Below, piece after piece: positions 1-10,754 of a stretch of DNA of 64,000 nucleotides. The notes under the pieces were generated by a model that saw nothing but the letters and a program-made list of their open reading frames with translations, searched no databases and had not been told where the DNA came from. Both the position numbers and the translations under genes were made by a program. Positions within the stretch are counted from its first letter, which is position 1. Each line of letters begins with the position of its first letter. Origin of the DNA: a virus; IMG/VR virus record IMGVR_UViG_3300003583_000001, positions 1 through 64,000 of that record, one strand, 5' to 3'.

Positions 1-2591
1 GGGTTAATTCTTGTTAGTGATGTTATAGTACCCATTGTAAAATCGTCGAAGGTGAATAAAGACTGGAACTCAGACGTTGAATCACCATTTGGATTCTTAA
101 CGAATCCATACCCGCCGTCAAAATTAACAACTACCTGGGCTGCGGTTCCACTTGTAGAAGGTAGAACGATTGTTGGTGTGGTATTATACCCTTCACCGTG
201 ATTGTTTATTGTGATAGAGGTGATAACTCCGCTACCATTTGTTGTGATGAAGCCTGTAGCAGACACAACTGGGTCACCACCAGCATAACCACCGCCAGTA
301 AATGTAACATTGGGACTGCCTGTTGTTCCATTTGCATACCCAGTGCCACCATTTGTAATCGTAATGCTATCGACAAATCCAATACCACTATTTGCTGCTG
401 TACCAACTATCACATCTAAGAAAGCCACATTTGCAACATTTTTAACACCGACAAAATCAGTATTAAGCGTAACAGTTTCTTCGTTCTCTAATGCGCCTGG
501 TTGGAACGTTGCTCCACTACCAGTGCCAACTGCGTTGATAGTAAGTTCTAGATTTGGCTGTGCTGCAAGGTCGATCTCTTTCAAATCTTCACGAGACGTT
601 TTGATAGTCATACCAGCGCCTTCGACATACGAGAACGCAGAAGTATTACTGAATAGCCCAACATATGTTGTGTTTTGACCAACGACAACGCCAGTTACTG
701 TATTGTTAGCAACCGTATCAATCACACCATTTGCAGTTGCGACACCATTATACCAAACATCAGAAGCACCAGTCGCTGTTATAGCACTAATCGTTTCTTC
801 AACTCTTGTCTCTCGACCTCTTATCTTTTTACCAGCAGTAAACTCACCAGATGTTACTTTGATATTCCAAGTATTAGCATCTGATGCTGATGATGCAATT
901 CCAACCGCACCCGCTGTTGTGACTGAAACAGCATCAATGGTTTCAGTCGCTTGAACTGTACCGTTAGCATAATATAGTTCTATTTCTTCTGTTGCTAAAA
1001 ATGTACCAAAAGCAGGCTCAAGTGTTAGGAACTCACCGATTGTTGAATTACCAGTAGTATTAGCAACAGTTAGATACCCATAAGCATATGCTGATAAGTA
1101 TTGACCATTTGCTGCTGTTGTGAACTTCTTCATCTCAAGTTTTTCACCAACATGAGAAGAGAAGATGCTTGCATCAACAACCTCTAAGGTAATAGTCGAT
1201 TCTTCATCTACGATTTCATTAGCAGACAATGATGTATTATCTGCTGTATCAATAGAGACTTGATTTGCAAAAGTGCCACTTGTAATCACAAGAGTTGCAC
1301 TTGTATTTGCATCATCAGCGCTCAACGATGCGACTTTACTATTGGCAACAACCACATATTCTAGAACTGAAATCACTGCCCCATCATCAGGGTCTGAATC
1401 AAATACGATATGTGTAGAGTTCGTTGAGTACTCAGTGTTCGCTATGATTGTATTATTTGTGATAACAACAATATCATTTGAGTCTGATACAGTAGACCTA
1501 AGAAATGCAGGACCGTTCGTCGAGTTTGCTGTATATGCTGTTGGATATACTTTGACACCCAAAACAAAATCATCAGCAACGGATGCTGAGTTGGCAGCAA
1601 GATTGTCAAAATATTCATCAGCAAAATCTTGAGCGCTGATTAGAGTAACAATCTCACGTTCCTGCTTTACAGTCTCAAACTGAATAAACTGATTTAATGT
1701 GTTCGAGTTATCAACAGCAATCATCGCTGTGGCGACACGAACGTCTGTATAATCGTCTGTAGTATCACCATCATCTAAATCATTAAGTGTGTAACCCGTG
1801 CCACCATCTACAAGTTCAAAGTCAACTCGACCAGTAGCATCTTCAACGCCAGTGACACGAACTTTACCTTGTTTGCCTGTATCATCAAGCACATTGAACA
1901 AGTCGCCAACGGCGTTATTTCTACCACCATTCGTAACATTCATAGATGAAAGCGAACCAATAATCTTTGGTGCGTTTGCAAGCAACCCATCATCACTGAC
2001 TAACTCATCCGTTCTAAACGACCCCTTTATATTACTAATATAGAGAATGTCAATGATACGACCTTGAACTCTTTTCTTTACAAGACCTTCGACGAAAGCA
2101 GTAGCACCAGACCTAGAACCCGTGATTTGATTTTCAACAAACCCAGCAGACCTTGCTGACTGTGTGACTTCAATGTATTTGGGAATCTTATACTTACTAT
2201 GTGAAGCACGAAGTATATCATCAGCGGGATAGTATACTGATGCTTCTTCATTGAACAACATACGAATTAAAAGTTCAGTTGCTTTTGGAGTGCCCTTTGA
2301 ACGATAGTAGTCCATGATATGCTTGATAACAAATCGCTTGTCTACAGCCTTTGCATAAGGAAACTCTGAGAGATACTTCTCTTTGAAATGAACTAGAAAA
2401 CTATCTAATGTCTCATCAATGTCCCTGTTCTGAAACATCGAACGACTGAGTGTGGTAGGAGACGTTGAAGTGTTTTCCATAAACTCATAGTATGCCTTTG
2501 TGAAAGCAACTAGGTTTGGACCGTCTTCCCGATAAACAGCAGGAAACTGCTGTTCGATATACTCTGAGATAGTTTTCGATAGGTCATGCAT
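1..2591 (-). CDS. Baseplate wedge subunit (gp7-like), truncated by the left window edge
   Basis: Not in the ORF track (open-ended). ATG overlaps the gp6 stop (TAATG) and reads MHDLSKTISEYIEQQFPAVYREDGPNLVAFTKAYYEFME...YYRSKGT, typical of the gene after gp6 in marine T4-like phages. Confidence 0.8.
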   Translation of the reverse strand, partial: MHDLSKTISEYIEQQFPAVYREDGPNLVAFTKAYYEFMENTSTSPTTLSRSMFQNRDIDETLDSFLVHFKEKYLSEFPYAKAVDKRFVIKHIMDYYRSKGTPKATELLIRMLFNEEASVYYPADDILRASHSKYKIPKYIEVTQSARSAGFVENQITGSRSGATAFVEGLVKKRVQGRIIDILYISNIKGSFRTDELVSDDGLLANAPKIIGSLSSMNVTNGGRNNAVGDLFNVLDDTGKQGKVRVTGVEDATGRVDFELVDGGTGYTLNDLDDGDTTDDYTDVRVATAMIAVDNSNTLNQFIQFETVKQEREIVTLISAQDFADEYFDNLAANSASVADDFVLGVKVYPTAYTANSTNGPAFLRSTVSDSNDIVVITNNTIIANTEYSTNSTHIVFDSDPDDGAVISVLEYVVVANSKVASLSADDANTSATLVITSGTFANQVSIDTADNTSLSANEIVDEESTITLEVVDASIFSSHVGEKLEMKKFTTAANGQYLSAYAYGYLTVANTTGNSTIGEFLTLEPAFGTFLATEEIELYYANGTVQATETIDAVSVTTAGAVGIASSASDANTWNIKVTSGEFTAGKKIRGRETRVEETISAITATGASDVWYNGVATANGVIDTVANNTVTGVVVGQNTTYVGLFSNTSAFSYVEGAGMTIKTSREDLKEIDLAAQPNLELTINAVGTGSGATFQPGALENEETVTLNTDFVGVKNVANVAFLDVIVGTAANSGIGFVDSITITNGGTGYANGTTGSPNVTFTGGGYAGGDPVVSATGFITTNGSGVITSITINNHGEGYNTTPTIVLPSTSGTAAQVVVNFDGGYGFVKNPNGDSTSEFQSLFTFDDFTMGTITSLTRIN

Positions 2592-4369
2592 TACTGAGTC
2601 GCAGCCTCTACTGTTACGCTAACATCAACGTCACGGATTGAGATAATCTTGCTTGCAGGACCAATAATATCTTGTGTTTCTGGTCTACCATAAATCTTGA
2701 TGGCACTACCAGAGAAAGAACTAACATTCAAATCACGAATGACTACACGTCCTGTTGCGTAATCTACATTACCAACATTACCACTCAGCACTTTGAATCC
2801 ATCAACCGTATTAGTGAGAACTTCTAAGACACCTTCGCCGTTGTCTTGTATATATGCTGTCTGAGTTCCATAAGAAAAACTGGAAGTTTTGACTGCGGGT
2901 GTATGACGATTGATATCTTCGCCAGCAGTCAAAGGATGATCTAAAATTAAAGAGTTTTCAAAGTCAGCAGTGATGCTTGAAGCAGAACTCACCACTGGAA
3001 TAAAATCAATAATCATTCTAAGTTCTGTATCATTCGATATAATAGACGTATTTGTATCATCAATGACACGAGCAATTCGAGATTGCCTAGCATTCTTTTT
3101 AAAATCATTCAAGTAAGTCAGATTGTAAGATGCAATCGCATTTCTAACAAGCGAGTCTATTTCAGAATTAGTAGCATCTGAAGTTTTAGTATTGTAGTGT
3201 ACTGTTGTGTCAAGAGCAACATAAAGAAATTCAGGAGACCTAATTACTGGGTCGATTGCGAGTGGCGTGCGTTCTTTTAGAAACTTTCTATACTTCTCTT
3301 TAGCACCGTCAGATACACCATCACTATTTTGAATATCAACATGTACAATAACCTTACCATACTGTGGTGGATTTAGTTCTTCACCACCTTGTACTGATAC
3401 TGCTTGTATTTCAGAGAACTTGCTTTTCAAAAGATTTTCATAATCAGATTCTGTGACTGCTCTATCTTGTATTTGAATAGATTTTGGAGCATAGAACTTG
3501 ATTGAATCAAGCGTTTCTTCTTCAGCGCCACCAAAAGATGTTGATGTTGTTGTGACTGTCGCTGTGTAGCCTTGTATCGTGCCAGATGGTGAGAATGTAG
3601 TAGCACCGTTTGGTGTTGAACCATTTGCGATACGATAGATAACCTCTACGACTTCGCCTGTTTTTGGTTCTCTACCAAACACATCATTACCAAACTCTAG
3701 TTCGTAACGATTCAGTTCTGCTGGTTGTATATAGAACACATTATCACTTGAACCAACATCAAAGAGATTTGGTTTTGAAGCATATGCATTAACTTCAGCA
3801 CTAGCAGCAGAGGAAGCATATACATTTACTACAATACTGTCGGTGTCAACTCTCTTGTTAGAGATAAGATATTTTGTGCTTGCTGTTACGTCATAATATT
3901 CTCTTTCAATTCTACCTTCGTGAAGAGAAACATCGCTGACAGAATATACGCCAGAATTTGGTGTGATAGTATATACTTGATCTGTGCTAAACGTGTATGA
4001 CTTACCATCAACATTTGTGGTAAACTTTGTGTATTTCGGAATTGTGATGAATGCTGGATTATCACTTGGCGTAAACGTCAGTGTAACTTTTGCGTTTGAT
4101 GACCTGTATGACCTTGGTAGATAGTTCAACTCTTTTGCATGAGATACAACAGAATCTCTTAGTTGCGCTGAGTCAAGAAACATCTCACCGAGAGCCATGT
4201 TCGTATAAAAACTATTCTGAAATGTATTGTATGCCAACACATCAAGAATGACGGACATATTTGATCCGTCATAGTCATAGTCAGCAAATTGTGCTTGACC
4301 TTGAAGAAATGTTTTTAACTGATTCTTGATTTGATTGAAATCAAGTTCCGAGATAATAGTTCCTGCCAT
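2591..4369 (-). CDS. gp6: Baseplate wedge subunit gp6
   Basis: ELDFNQIKNQL...FADYDYDGSNMSVILDVLAYNT...FLDSAQLRDSVVSHAKELNYLPRS and QDRAVTESDY motifs. Confidence 0.95.
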   Translation of the reverse strand: MAGTIISELDFNQIKNQLKTFLQGQAQFADYDYDGSNMSVILDVLAYNTFQNSFYTNMALGEMFLDSAQLRDSVVSHAKELNYLPRSYRSSNAKVTLTFTPSDNPAFITIPKYTKFTTNVDGKSYTFSTDQVYTITPNSGVYSVSDVSLHEGRIEREYYDVTASTKYLISNKRVDTDSIVVNVYASSAASAEVNAYASKPNLFDVGSSDNVFYIQPAELNRYELEFGNDVFGREPKTGEVVEVIYRIANGSTPNGATTFSPSGTIQGYTATVTTTSTSFGGAEEETLDSIKFYAPKSIQIQDRAVTESDYENLLKSKFSEIQAVSVQGGEELNPPQYGKVIVHVDIQNSDGVSDGAKEKYRKFLKERTPLAIDPVIRSPEFLYVALDTTVHYNTKTSDATNSEIDSLVRNAIASYNLTYLNDFKKNARQSRIARVIDDTNTSIISNDTELRMIIDFIPVVSSASSITADFENSLILDHPLTAGEDINRHTPAVKTSSFSYGTQTAYIQDNGEGVLEVLTNTVDGFKVLSGNVGNVDYATGRVVIRDLNVSSFSGSAIKIYGRPETQDIIGPASKIISIRDVDVSVTVEAATQ

Positions 4370-4370
4370 T

Positions 4371-4772
4371 TTATCTCACTCTTTCTAAAAGTAACTCTAA
4401 TGTAACTGGTTCTTGTACGTTGACAACACGAAATACGATTGTGATTTGAACTTCGTGTTCTTGTGAAGTCTGAGCGATATACACATCAATAACATCAGCC
4501 CTTGGCTCATGCGCTTCAATAACGTCTTTTATATGCTCTTGCATCGTCAAGAATGTCTGTGCTGTAATGTTCTCAAACAGCATAGCACGAATGTTACCAC
4601 CAAGATTTGGTTGGAACAATCGCTCACCTCTATCTGTCAACATAAGATTACGAAGAGACTGTTTTACAGCATCAACATTCGTTTTGCGTAAGACTGTGCT
4701 ACGAATTGGATGCTTATCCAAGTCCGTAAAGAAGTCCGAGTATACAACTCTTTGTGTTAATGGTGTTGCCAT
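4371..4772 (-). CDS. gp25: Baseplate wedge subunit gp25
   Basis: AVKQSLRNLMLTDRGERLFQPNLGGNI...HEPR motif; late promoter upstream. Confidence 0.93.
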   Translation of the reverse strand: MATPLTQRVVYSDFFTDLDKHPIRSTVLRKTNVDAVKQSLRNLMLTDRGERLFQPNLGGNIRAMLFENITAQTFLTMQEHIKDVIEAHEPRADVIDVYIAQTSQEHEVQITIVFRVVNVQEPVTLELLLERVR

Positions 4773-4797
4773 ATGAAGCAATCTCCAGTTTTCTTTT

Positions 4798-4805
4798 TAT
4801 TTATA
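4798..4805 (-). promoter_or_regulatory. T4-type late promoter TATAAATA (gp25-gp6-gp7)
   Basis: Exact gp55 consensus, intergenic, about 25 nt upstream of gp25. Confidence 0.8.
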
Positions 4806-4808
4806 AGA

Positions 4809-6581
4809 CTAATTAAGGTATCTAGCGATTACATTCTCATCTAGTACATTGTTTTTTATAGACTCTCTTAAAGCCCTGCTGACAGATATGTTTCTTAACT
4901 CTGCTGGCTGAAAATGACCAGAATCATTTTTAATATAATTCTCTAAATCATATTTTAAAAAATGTTTTCTAATGATACCAGTGTAATACTTAGCACTCCA
5001 TTTTGCTTTGCCATTGACAATAAAAACAATATCACATGCACACTTATAATTATGCCAACTTTTACCTGGTGGCGCTGCTAATGGTCCACCATTTCTGTGT
5101 TTTCTGTATAACTCAGCTTGTTGAGCAAAAGTTCTTGTAGCAAACGAATACCTTGCTGTACCATTCATAGCTAAAATTTCAGGATCATTCTGAACATCAC
5201 GAATAGCATTAGCAAATCGTTCTCTGATTTTTGGATGAAGAGTGTTCACTTTAGCCGCAGTATCTTTAGCATATCTACCTTTAAAGTATGAAGCATCATA
5301 TAATTTATTATCACCAGACCATTTTATAACTGCACTGATTATAGACCCTTTATTTGCAATTGGTCTACCACCCGCAGCAGAAGATGCTGACCTTTGATTG
5401 CCTGCTCGTTGAATATCAGCATAGGTAGAAGAAGCGCTATTCACTCTCTTTGAAATGCACTCCCGCTCTGTCCGTATCTTTTCATCATGCGTTTTGTTGG
5501 CTTTTGCAATCTGACTTTTAACGATCTGTTCAATCTCTTTTGGCGCTGCTTGAGGGTTATTCTCTTGTGCTTTCTTAACTACCGCAGCAGTCATTGTTAC
5601 AATCTTTTTATTTTGAGTATCTGTCACCAACCCCTTCACACGTTCAAGTTTTTCAGTGAGCAACTTCTGTGTTGGTGCTAAATTCATAGCACTTACTTCT
5701 ACTTTATCAGCAAGAGCATCAACGTTTTTTTGAAGATTCTTAACCAACGCTTCTGTAGATTTTGCTGTATGTATACCACAACCTTCCGTGATTTGTATAG
5801 TGTCTGCTAAAGCACTCTGAACACCACCAAGAAGTGTGTCAACAGACGCTTTGAATTCAGCAGCGATTGCTTCTGCTTGCGCTTCTATATTCGCTTGTAT
5901 ACCAACAGTATCGACAGATTCAAGATCATCAAGTGTATCAATAATACTATCAGTAATATTCTCTACTGTGTTCACAGTTTCATCAATCAAATCTGTGACA
6001 GTTTTTTCTGCTTGTGCAGCAATTGTTTCTGGATTTAAATCACCTACAAGATCAAGCAAACCGTCAGTTACACTTGTGACAACGCCTGAAATAGAAGACT
6101 CAAGCGCATCTAAATCGAACGACTCTAAACTTAGTTCTTTTGGTGTTTTAGAAGCAGCTAGTGCAGCAAGCACAACTTCACATCCGCCAGCGATGGCGTT
6201 ATTAAATTCATCAATACCAGCACCTAAATCAGTTAGACCTTCAACAGACAAATCAAAAGTATCTAATGAAAATGATTTAACATCTACTCCACTATCAAAA
6301 AGAACTGCTGACAATTGAGAGGTATCTAGTGCAGCAATACTAGACGATAGATTTCCAACTGCTGATAACTCATCAGTGTTTAACTCTGTTAATTTCGTTG
6401 TAATACTCTCTTTGAGAGCAAACATATCTTGTGGAGCAAATGCTTCTGACGGTACAATAGCATTGAACTTTTGTAACTCAGAAAAAATCTCTCCGTCTGG
6501 ACCAGGCCCAGGTACAGAGTCTGATACTTCTAACAAATCATTAGTTGTTAGAAAAGGAACATCGATAGATAATAGAGACAT
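4809..6581 (-). CDS. Putative virion-associated protein with C-terminal M15-family (L-Ala-D-Glu-like) Zn peptidase domain
   Basis: C-terminal RTFAQQAELY, SWHNYKCACD and DSGHFQ motifs; long acidic helical N-terminus; ATG overlaps the gp5 stop. Confidence 0.75.
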   Translation of the reverse strand: MSLLSIDVPFLTTNDLLEVSDSVPGPGPDGEIFSELQKFNAIVPSEAFAPQDMFALKESITTKLTELNTDELSAVGNLSSSIAALDTSQLSAVLFDSGVDVKSFSLDTFDLSVEGLTDLGAGIDEFNNAIAGGCEVVLAALAASKTPKELSLESFDLDALESSISGVVTSVTDGLLDLVGDLNPETIAAQAEKTVTDLIDETVNTVENITDSIIDTLDDLESVDTVGIQANIEAQAEAIAAEFKASVDTLLGGVQSALADTIQITEGCGIHTAKSTEALVKNLQKNVDALADKVEVSAMNLAPTQKLLTEKLERVKGLVTDTQNKKIVTMTAAVVKKAQENNPQAAPKEIEQIVKSQIAKANKTHDEKIRTERECISKRVNSASSTYADIQRAGNQRSASSAAGGRPIANKGSIISAVIKWSGDNKLYDASYFKGRYAKDTAAKVNTLHPKIRERFANAIRDVQNDPEILAMNGTARYSFATRTFAQQAELYRKHRNGGPLAAPPGKSWHNYKCACDIVFIVNGKAKWSAKYYTGIIRKHFLKYDLENYIKNDSGHFQPAELRNISVSRALRESIKNNVLDENVIARYLN

Positions 6582-7891
6582 TATTCGTCCTCCCCTAGTG
6601 GGTGAGTATCTCTCCACAATTCTGGTGGGTCGGTGAAACTTGGATATGGCTCATCTTCTAATTTTGTTTCGATAGGAAACTTTCTATCGGGTGGATTACC
6701 AAATAGAGGTCTAAAGGCTGGTTGCTTGCCAGATGGTTTTACTCGTGGCACATCTACACCATTAAGAATGGTAGTGAAGCCTGGATCAACTTCAACTGCT
6801 CCACTAGTATTCAAATCAATCTTAGCACCTTCAACGGCGATGTTACCAGTTGCTTTGATGTTTGTTTTACCAGCAGCATCGAAGTAGGTATTAGCGCCAC
6901 TCTCAATTCTCACATCTGTGTTAGCATATGCAGAAACGAACCCTGTATTAGCATAGATGTGAATATTGTCTTTCTGCGCTTGAATGTAAACGCTTTTGTT
7001 AGCAAATACATTATAGTTATCAAGAAAGGCTTCTTGTCTGATTGCAGAACTTTTTTGTGAGAAGATATCACCAGAGTTCATATAGATTCCACCTGCAACA
7101 TTTAGATTGTAGTCACCATGCACCTTCGTGTTCAAACTACCATCAACAGTCAGATTACAATCAGATTCCACTGTGACATTACAAGTACCCTTTACGACAA
7201 CATCTGCTGTGCCGTTAATCATAATTTTACCGTTCTTCTCAATGATTGTTACTTCATCGCCAATAATCTTATTGACACGAGTACCAGTTGGACCAATTTC
7301 TGTAAATGTGCCAGAAGCATGATGCATATTGATACGCTCTGAGCCTGGTGTGTCATCCATTTCAAAGACATGACCCGATTCAGTTTCTTGAACTTTATTG
7401 TATGGGTACTCTGCATTATATGGTGGCGATGGTTCTGACCAAGAATACGCAGGGCAATGTTCTTGATTGATAAATTTACCAGCAACATGAGTTTCTCCAA
7501 TATCCTCACCTCTTGCAAGACGAGAAATATCTGGCTGATACGATGACACTGGATGTGGGTTAGCATCAGATGCTGCATTGAAACCAAGTGCTGTATTTAC
7601 AGCAGTTGTAGGCATACCAGGCATTACACCAAGAAGCATTGGGTGTTGAGCATCAGCACCATCAAGGAAAAATCCAAATACCCACGAACCTTCAATCGGT
7701 GGCTTGTAGTTGATATCATACGAACCAATAACAGGTATTGCCCAAGGTAGAGTTTCTGTCGGCACATCTTCTTTACTGTCTGGGTGAATATCAAAGCAGC
7801 GAACACGAACACGACCCATCTTTCTTGGGTCTCTACGGTCTTCTACGACACCCATAAACCATAGTAGATTTCTAAATCCATTTTCAGCCAT
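6581..7891 (-). CDS. gp5: Baseplate hub/tail spike gp5 (OB fold + beta helix, no lysozyme domain)
   Basis: WFMGVVEDRRDPRKMGRVRVRC and YPYNKVQETESGHVFEMDDTPGSERI motifs. Confidence 0.93.
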   Translation of the reverse strand: MAENGFRNLLWFMGVVEDRRDPRKMGRVRVRCFDIHPDSKEDVPTETLPWAIPVIGSYDINYKPPIEGSWVFGFFLDGADAQHPMLLGVMPGMPTTAVNTALGFNAASDANPHPVSSYQPDISRLARGEDIGETHVAGKFINQEHCPAYSWSEPSPPYNAEYPYNKVQETESGHVFEMDDTPGSERINMHHASGTFTEIGPTGTRVNKIIGDEVTIIEKNGKIMINGTADVVVKGTCNVTVESDCNLTVDGSLNTKVHGDYNLNVAGGIYMNSGDIFSQKSSAIRQEAFLDNYNVFANKSVYIQAQKDNIHIYANTGFVSAYANTDVRIESGANTYFDAAGKTNIKATGNIAVEGAKIDLNTSGAVEVDPGFTTILNGVDVPRVKPSGKQPAFRPLFGNPPDRKFPIETKLEDEPYPSFTDPPELWRDTHPLGEDE

Positions 7892-9213
7892 TACACTTCA
7901 CCTTCTGCCGTCATATCTGCTACTGTTGAAACTCCAGATTTATCTCCTGGAACAAGGTCTTTTATTATAGTCAGTCTGCTTGTATACTGTTTACCCTTTA
8001 TATAATGCTTGATAGTTTGGACTAACCAATAGCCAGAAAGACTTTTATGTCTATCTTTAGTCCCAACAACATTTTCAAATTGAGGTATGTCGAGTAAAAT
8101 AACATCACCAGCAAATAAATCATTTCTACCGTATATTTCTATTTCGATAGAGGTAGAGTTTAGATAGTATCTATTTGAAACTTTAGGACCAGTAATATCT
8201 TTGTATCTTTGCTGTTCTCTCTCGAAATCAGTGAATATCATATATGATTTCATAACATTTTCGTCACTGAAAAAAGCATCAGTAAATTTTTCAGTATGTG
8301 GAAACCTAACTGTATCACTCAAATGTTTGTAGTCTTGAAAGCTATCTTTGTATTTAAAAATATTGTGAATATACTGTTTGTTCAATATGTCAATTTCAAC
8401 AACATCAGAAATCATAGCACCAGAGTTCATTTCTGTAATCGTGTTTAATCGATTTGGTATAAAAAATGAAGTGATGTTATTCATTGCCCTATCTCTATCA
8501 GCAGGCCCCTCTATTGCAATAGAGGGGTCATACGAATATGCTTTTGCAGTAGGTTTAGATGTTCTAATCATTTCTTCATGAGTGATCATCTTAAACTTCT
8601 CTCTGTTTTGAAAGAAGTAATAATTAGAACTCTTATCATCAGCAGAGAATGATTTTCGACACAGAAAGTTGATAGCCTGAATAGGTTGTAGAGAAGGAAT
8701 AACTAGAGTTTGCGTACCAGTCGTATCTTGGATTTCAATATCGTTGGCAGAGTTTTTAAAGTTGGTTTCATCTACAATGAACTCATCAAATATTAGTTGA
8801 GCCATTTTTTTAGTGGTAAAATCAATATAACTTTTTTGTACGGTTTTACTCGTGCTTATAAAATGTTGTGGTGATATAAACTTTAACCTATAATACATAT
8901 AGTTTTGCTGATCACCAGGAACAGCATCTGATAAGCTATAAATTAAAAACTGTTGTGTAATCTCGTTTTCAAAAAAATCTACATATCTCAGTGTAAATAT
9001 TTCTTCGCCAAGAATAGGAAAGTTATCAATTAAACCTGAAGAATCTAATAGTGTCATTTCACCAAAAAGTAAAGGCGAATCAATAGACTCGGTAAACGAT
9101 ATCTCTGAGATATAATCTGATATGTCAAACGCAGGTTTTTTGAGTTCACCATAACGATTGAGCGTTGCCAGTTGAATATCACAAAATCCTACGTCAAATG
9201 TATCATCACTCAT
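7891..9213 (-). CDS. Baseplate hub protein (gp27-like)
   Basis: Between gp53 and gp5; ISFTESIDSP...FPILGEE and SLSGYWLVQTIKH motifs. Confidence 0.7.
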   Translation of the reverse strand: MSDDTFDVGFCDIQLATLNRYGELKKPAFDISDYISEISFTESIDSPLLFGEMTLLDSSGLIDNFPILGEEIFTLRYVDFFENEITQQFLIYSLSDAVPGDQQNYMYYRLKFISPQHFISTSKTVQKSYIDFTTKKMAQLIFDEFIVDETNFKNSANDIEIQDTTGTQTLVIPSLQPIQAINFLCRKSFSADDKSSNYYFFQNREKFKMITHEEMIRTSKPTAKAYSYDPSIAIEGPADRDRAMNNITSFFIPNRLNTITEMNSGAMISDVVEIDILNKQYIHNIFKYKDSFQDYKHLSDTVRFPHTEKFTDAFFSDENVMKSYMIFTDFEREQQRYKDITGPKVSNRYYLNSTSIEIEIYGRNDLFAGDVILLDIPQFENVVGTKDRHKSLSGYWLVQTIKHYIKGKQYTSRLTIIKDLVPGDKSGVSTVADMTAEGEV

Positions 9214-9808
9214 TTAACAAACTTCTTAAATTTTCTAGAACTGTTGGAACATACGAAGTATTAACGAGAATGATATTTCTTAGTTCCTCATTCTCTTCCA
9301 TTTCATAATCAAAACGACGTACAGCAGTCCAATCACCAGCAACAAAATCACCATTGAATGTCTGCGCTCTTATATATGAGTCTGGGCTAATCAGTATTGT
9401 CTCATCATCAGTCTTTTTCCAATGAACGATGTTATCTGTTCTGGTTGTATCTTGTCCCCATACGATAGCATCAGTGCCTGTAGGAAGTGCTTGACTCGCA
9501 TACTTCTTTCTAAAATATTCAGTGAAGTTCTCATAAGTCTTTGGCCATTGAGTGTATGGGTCAACAATATCATTAGCAAAATACACTAACCAACTCATAG
9601 CAGGGTCATCATAATAAAAGTCTGCAATGTCTTCTGCTTTCTCATTTTCTCTTATTGTATAACGAAGAAAAGAATATGGGTCATTTTGTGATAGATTATT
9701 TATTAGTGATGTTTTAAGAGAGATGTTCTTTACAGACTTCTCAATCGTAAAACTACCATTAGCAAAAGCGTATTGTGTTTGTGGATAGTATCTGAAATAT
9801 TTTGACAT
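9206..9808 (-). CDS. gp53: Baseplate wedge subunit gp53
   Basis: YFRYYP...EKAEDIADFYYDDP..WLVYFANDIVDPYTQWP...YEMEENE. Confidence 0.9.
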   Translation of the reverse strand: MSKYFRYYPQTQYAFANGSFTIEKSVKNISLKTSLINNLSQNDPYSFLRYTIRENEKAEDIADFYYDDPAMSWLVYFANDIVDPYTQWPKTYENFTEYFRKKYASQALPTGTDAIVWGQDTTRTDNIVHWKKTDDETILISPDSYIRAQTFNGDFVAGDWTAVRRFDYEMEENEELRNIILVNTSYVPTVLENLRSLLNE

Positions 9809-10704
9809 TAGAACAAAGCCTTTATTTGGGATTCAAGTGTATTTTCGGGTACTACTTCAGATGATCCACCATAATCTTCTCTAGTCCACATCTGCATTTC
9901 CTGCATAGTCACACTAAGTTTTAATGCTGCTGCATTACCACCTTCTAGAAACGCAAGTTCTCCACCACCACCATAATCAACATCAACTCTGTTAATCATA
10001 CACGGCTTGAGTACAAGCGCATCAACTCCTGTAATTAAAGGTAGACAAACACTAGGATAAGATAAAAACGTTTTACCACCGGCACTCACATTACTCGCTT
10101 TAAAATCTTTATAGTAAGGAAGACTGTGATATTTAAAAAGTCTTATGATTTCTTTAATCGCATTAGTTTCAGCACGAGATTTGGGTATAAATGTCCAATT
10201 GAAAGTAAACGTTCTTAAATCAACACCATCAAATAGTAATGCTTGGAAAGGATTTCTTTTGGCTCCAGCACCAGCTTCAACACCTTGCATCACAGCGGGT
10301 GCCACTGCACTAGCAGCTTCATTAACAAAGTAAGAGGCTGCTGCTCCAGCAAGCTCTTTCATTCCCACACCTCTTGCAGCATCTACCAATGCACTTATCC
10401 CATCCGATGCTAATGCACTCGTACCGATAGCAACAGCATTACCCACTAAACCAAGTTCTGTTGCAGAAACTCTTATACCTTGAGCATCGATTAAGGCATC
10501 AGGCAAAGAAAGAAAAACAGAATCTTGAATATTTGCTCTTGCACTTGTTATTGTGCCAGAATTTCTTTCACCATACGAATATTTCTTGAACATCAAGAGC
10601 ATACCAACATTTCCTAAATCAGAAGGAAATTGTACTTGGTTCACTTGATTTTCTGCTTTCTTAATATTTCGTATAGCATCTGGTGAGCGAGGCACATTAG
10701 ACAT
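9808..10704 (-). CDS. gp48: Baseplate tail tube cap gp48
   Basis: NPFQALLFDGVDLRTFTFNWTFIPKSRAETNAIKEIIRLFK motif. Confidence 0.9.
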   Translation of the reverse strand: MSNVPRSPDAIRNIKKAENQVNQVQFPSDLGNVGMLLMFKKYSYGERNSGTITSARANIQDSVFLSLPDALIDAQGIRVSATELGLVGNAVAIGTSALASDGISALVDAARGVGMKELAGAAASYFVNEAASAVAPAVMQGVEAGAGAKRNPFQALLFDGVDLRTFTFNWTFIPKSRAETNAIKEIIRLFKYHSLPYYKDFKASNVSAGGKTFLSYPSVCLPLITGVDALVLKPCMINRVDVDYGGGGELAFLEGGNAAALKLSVTMQEMQMWTREDYGGSSEVVPENTLESQIKALF

Positions 10705-10715
10705 GATTGAACCTT

Positions 10716-10743
10716 TATAAATACTTATTTACACCTATTTATA
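10716..10743. promoter_or_regulatory. Two late promoters: TATAAATA (+, 10716-10723) and TATAAATA (-, 10743-10736)
   Basis: Exact consensus on both strands in the 50-bp gap between divergent gp48 and gp4. Confidence 0.8.
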
Positions 10744-10754
10744 ACGAAAACAAT

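Noticed and set aside
198-2043. Short plus-strand ORFs in the track
   Set aside because: Antisense shadows of the long minus-strand gp7-like gene, which the track missed because it runs off the window.
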